Assembly (NCBI GenBank): GCA_949077035.1
Contig: CARUPR010000004.1
Location: forward strand, 29,721-93,720
Source: an uncultured Eubacteriales bacterium
GTDB taxonomy: Bacteria > Bacillota > Clostridia > Christensenellales > UBA1242
Length of the DNA stretch: 64,000 bases
Direction: 5' to 3'
The notes under the pieces: generated by a model
The model's database searches: none
Seen by the model: the letters and a program-made list of their open reading frames with translations, nothing else
What the model was told of the DNA's origin: nothing
Made by a program: the position numbers and the translations under genes
Part shown: one piece after another, positions 62,881-64,000 of the stretch
Layout of the letters: every line of letters starts with the position of its first letter
How positions within the stretch are numbered: position 1 is the stretch's first letter

Positions 62881-64000
62881 ATGGCAGACTATAAAATTAT
62901 GCCACATAATATTGAAGCAGAGCAGTCAGTTTTAGGGGCGATTTTGATAGACTTACAAGCACAAATTGATATTTTTGGCATGATGAATGAAGATGATTTT
63001 TATTCTCAAGCTCATAAAAGCATTTATGCTGTGATGAATAAAATTTATCAACGTTCTGAGCCTGTTGATTTTGTCACACTTACCGACCAACTTGACCAAG
63101 ACAAACTGCTTGATAAGGTGGGCGGAATTGATTATATAACCACACTTACAAATGTTGTGCCTTCAGCTGCCAACTTTAAGTTTTATTGTGAAATTGTAAA
63201 ATCAGACTCGGTAAAAAGAAAGCTCATCTATGCCGGTCAGAAAATCATTGAAAGTGCCTATGAATTTGAAGATAAAGAAAAAAGTCTTCAGCTTGCTGAA
63301 AAGGAAATTTTTGACATTGCTGAAAAGCAATCTCGTTCTGCACTTGAACATGTTGGTGCAAGTGATGGCGCAGTGAAACACGTGATTGATAAGTTTGACC
63401 AAATTGCAAAGGACCCATATTCAATAAAGGGTATACCAACAGGCTATCGTGACCTTGATGCAATCACAAATGGTCTTCATAATAGTGACCTTGTTTTGCT
63501 TGCGGCACGTCCTGGTATTGGTAAAACTTCCTTTTCTATGAACATTCTCGTCAATGCTGCCGTTGACCATGGCAAAAAGTGTGCTATATTCTCACTTGAA
63601 ATGAGCAGGGACCAGCTTATGCAAAGGGCTTTATGTTCTCTTGCAAAAGTGCCAATGTCAAGGGCTTTGAATGGCTCTATGGATGGCGATGAGTGGAAAA
63701 GAATTTGGACTGCAGCCAAAAAGCTTGAGTCAAGCGGACTTTATATAGATGACAGCTCGCTTACCACACCTGCAGATATTCTCACCAAATGCAGACGTTT
63801 AAAAGCCAAAGATGGTCTTGATATAGTCATGATTGACTACGTTCAACTTATGAGTTCTGCTGGCGGAAGAAAAAATGACAATCGTCAAAATGAAATCAGT
63901 GACATTTCAAGAAATCTTAAGATTGCCGCCAAAGAATTGAATGTGCCAATCATTGCGCTTTCACAGCTTTCGCGTGGGGTTGAAAGCAGGCAGGGCGACC
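62881..64000 (+). CDS. dnaB: Replicative DNA helicase DnaB (3' end outside window)
   Basis: Not in the ORF track because it runs off the window. AGGAGG then ATG at 62881. 'MPHNIEAEQSVLGAILID', Walker A 'ARPGIGKTSF', 'IALSQLSRGVESR'. Confidence 0.9.
   Translation, partial: MADYKIMPHNIEAEQSVLGAILIDLQAQIDIFGMMNEDDFYSQAHKSIYAVMNKIYQRSEPVDFVTLTDQLDQDKLLDKVGGIDYITTLTNVVPSAANFKFYCEIVKSDSVKRKLIYAGQKIIESAYEFEDKEKSLQLAEKEIFDIAEKQSRSALEHVGASDGAVKHVIDKFDQIAKDPYSIKGIPTGYRDLDAITNGLHNSDLVLLAARPGIGKTSFSMNILVNAAVDHGKKCAIFSLEMSRDQLMQRALCSLAKVPMSRALNGSMDGDEWKRIWTAAKKLESSGLYIDDSSLTTPADILTKCRRLKAKDGLDIVMIDYVQLMSSAGGRKNDNRQNEISDISRNLKIAAKELNVPIIALSQLSRGVESRQGD

Noticed and set aside
63202-63719. Three minus-strand ORFs of 66-80 aa near the window end.
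   Set aside because: They lie antisense within the clearly recognisable dnaB coding sequence, which is absent from the track only because it runs off the window.

Overview
AT-rich, Firmicutes/Clostridia-like chromosomal window using the standard code (TGA, TAA and TAG all act as stops). No tRNA, rRNA, CRISPR array, transposase, integrase or phage gene is visible. Housekeeping genes typical of an origin-proximal region are present: recF (5' truncated), trpS, rplI, tilS, rpsF-ssb-rpsR-rpmE, typA and dnaB (3' truncated). Lineage-specific blocks lie between them. (1) A single 14.5-kb gene encodes a ~4,837-aa signal-peptide/TM-anchored surface protein. (2) A TetR gene lies divergent to a 2-ATPase + permease ABC operon. 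(3) An AraC-type gene lies divergent to four tandem ~170-aa helical paralogs; two of these units share an AATGAC-N18-GTCATT operator-like palindrome. (4) A ~600-nt GC-enriched, ORF-free, promoter-to-terminator unit looks like a large structured ncRNA. (5) Three tandem paralogs encode single-TM proteins; two sit behind identical promoters whose -35/-10 spacer holds a poly-C tract of different length (C8 vs C9). (6) A 14-kb island between rpmE and typA encodes seven signal-peptide-less proteins. These are DUF4116-type helical repeat proteins, a BspA-type LRR protein with an unrecognised ~500-aa C-terminal domain, a small overlapping coiled-coil ORF, and two ~1,000-aa fusions of a transglutaminase-like Cys-His-Asp core to DUF4116 repeats. 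Five of them share a conserved C-terminal ~55-aa module. A short purine-rich repeat family (core AAGATAGG...GCTTTCTT) recurs just 3' of terminators, and phased A-tracts are conspicuous in intergenic DNA. All calls come from reading the sequence and remembered family motifs; no database search was run.
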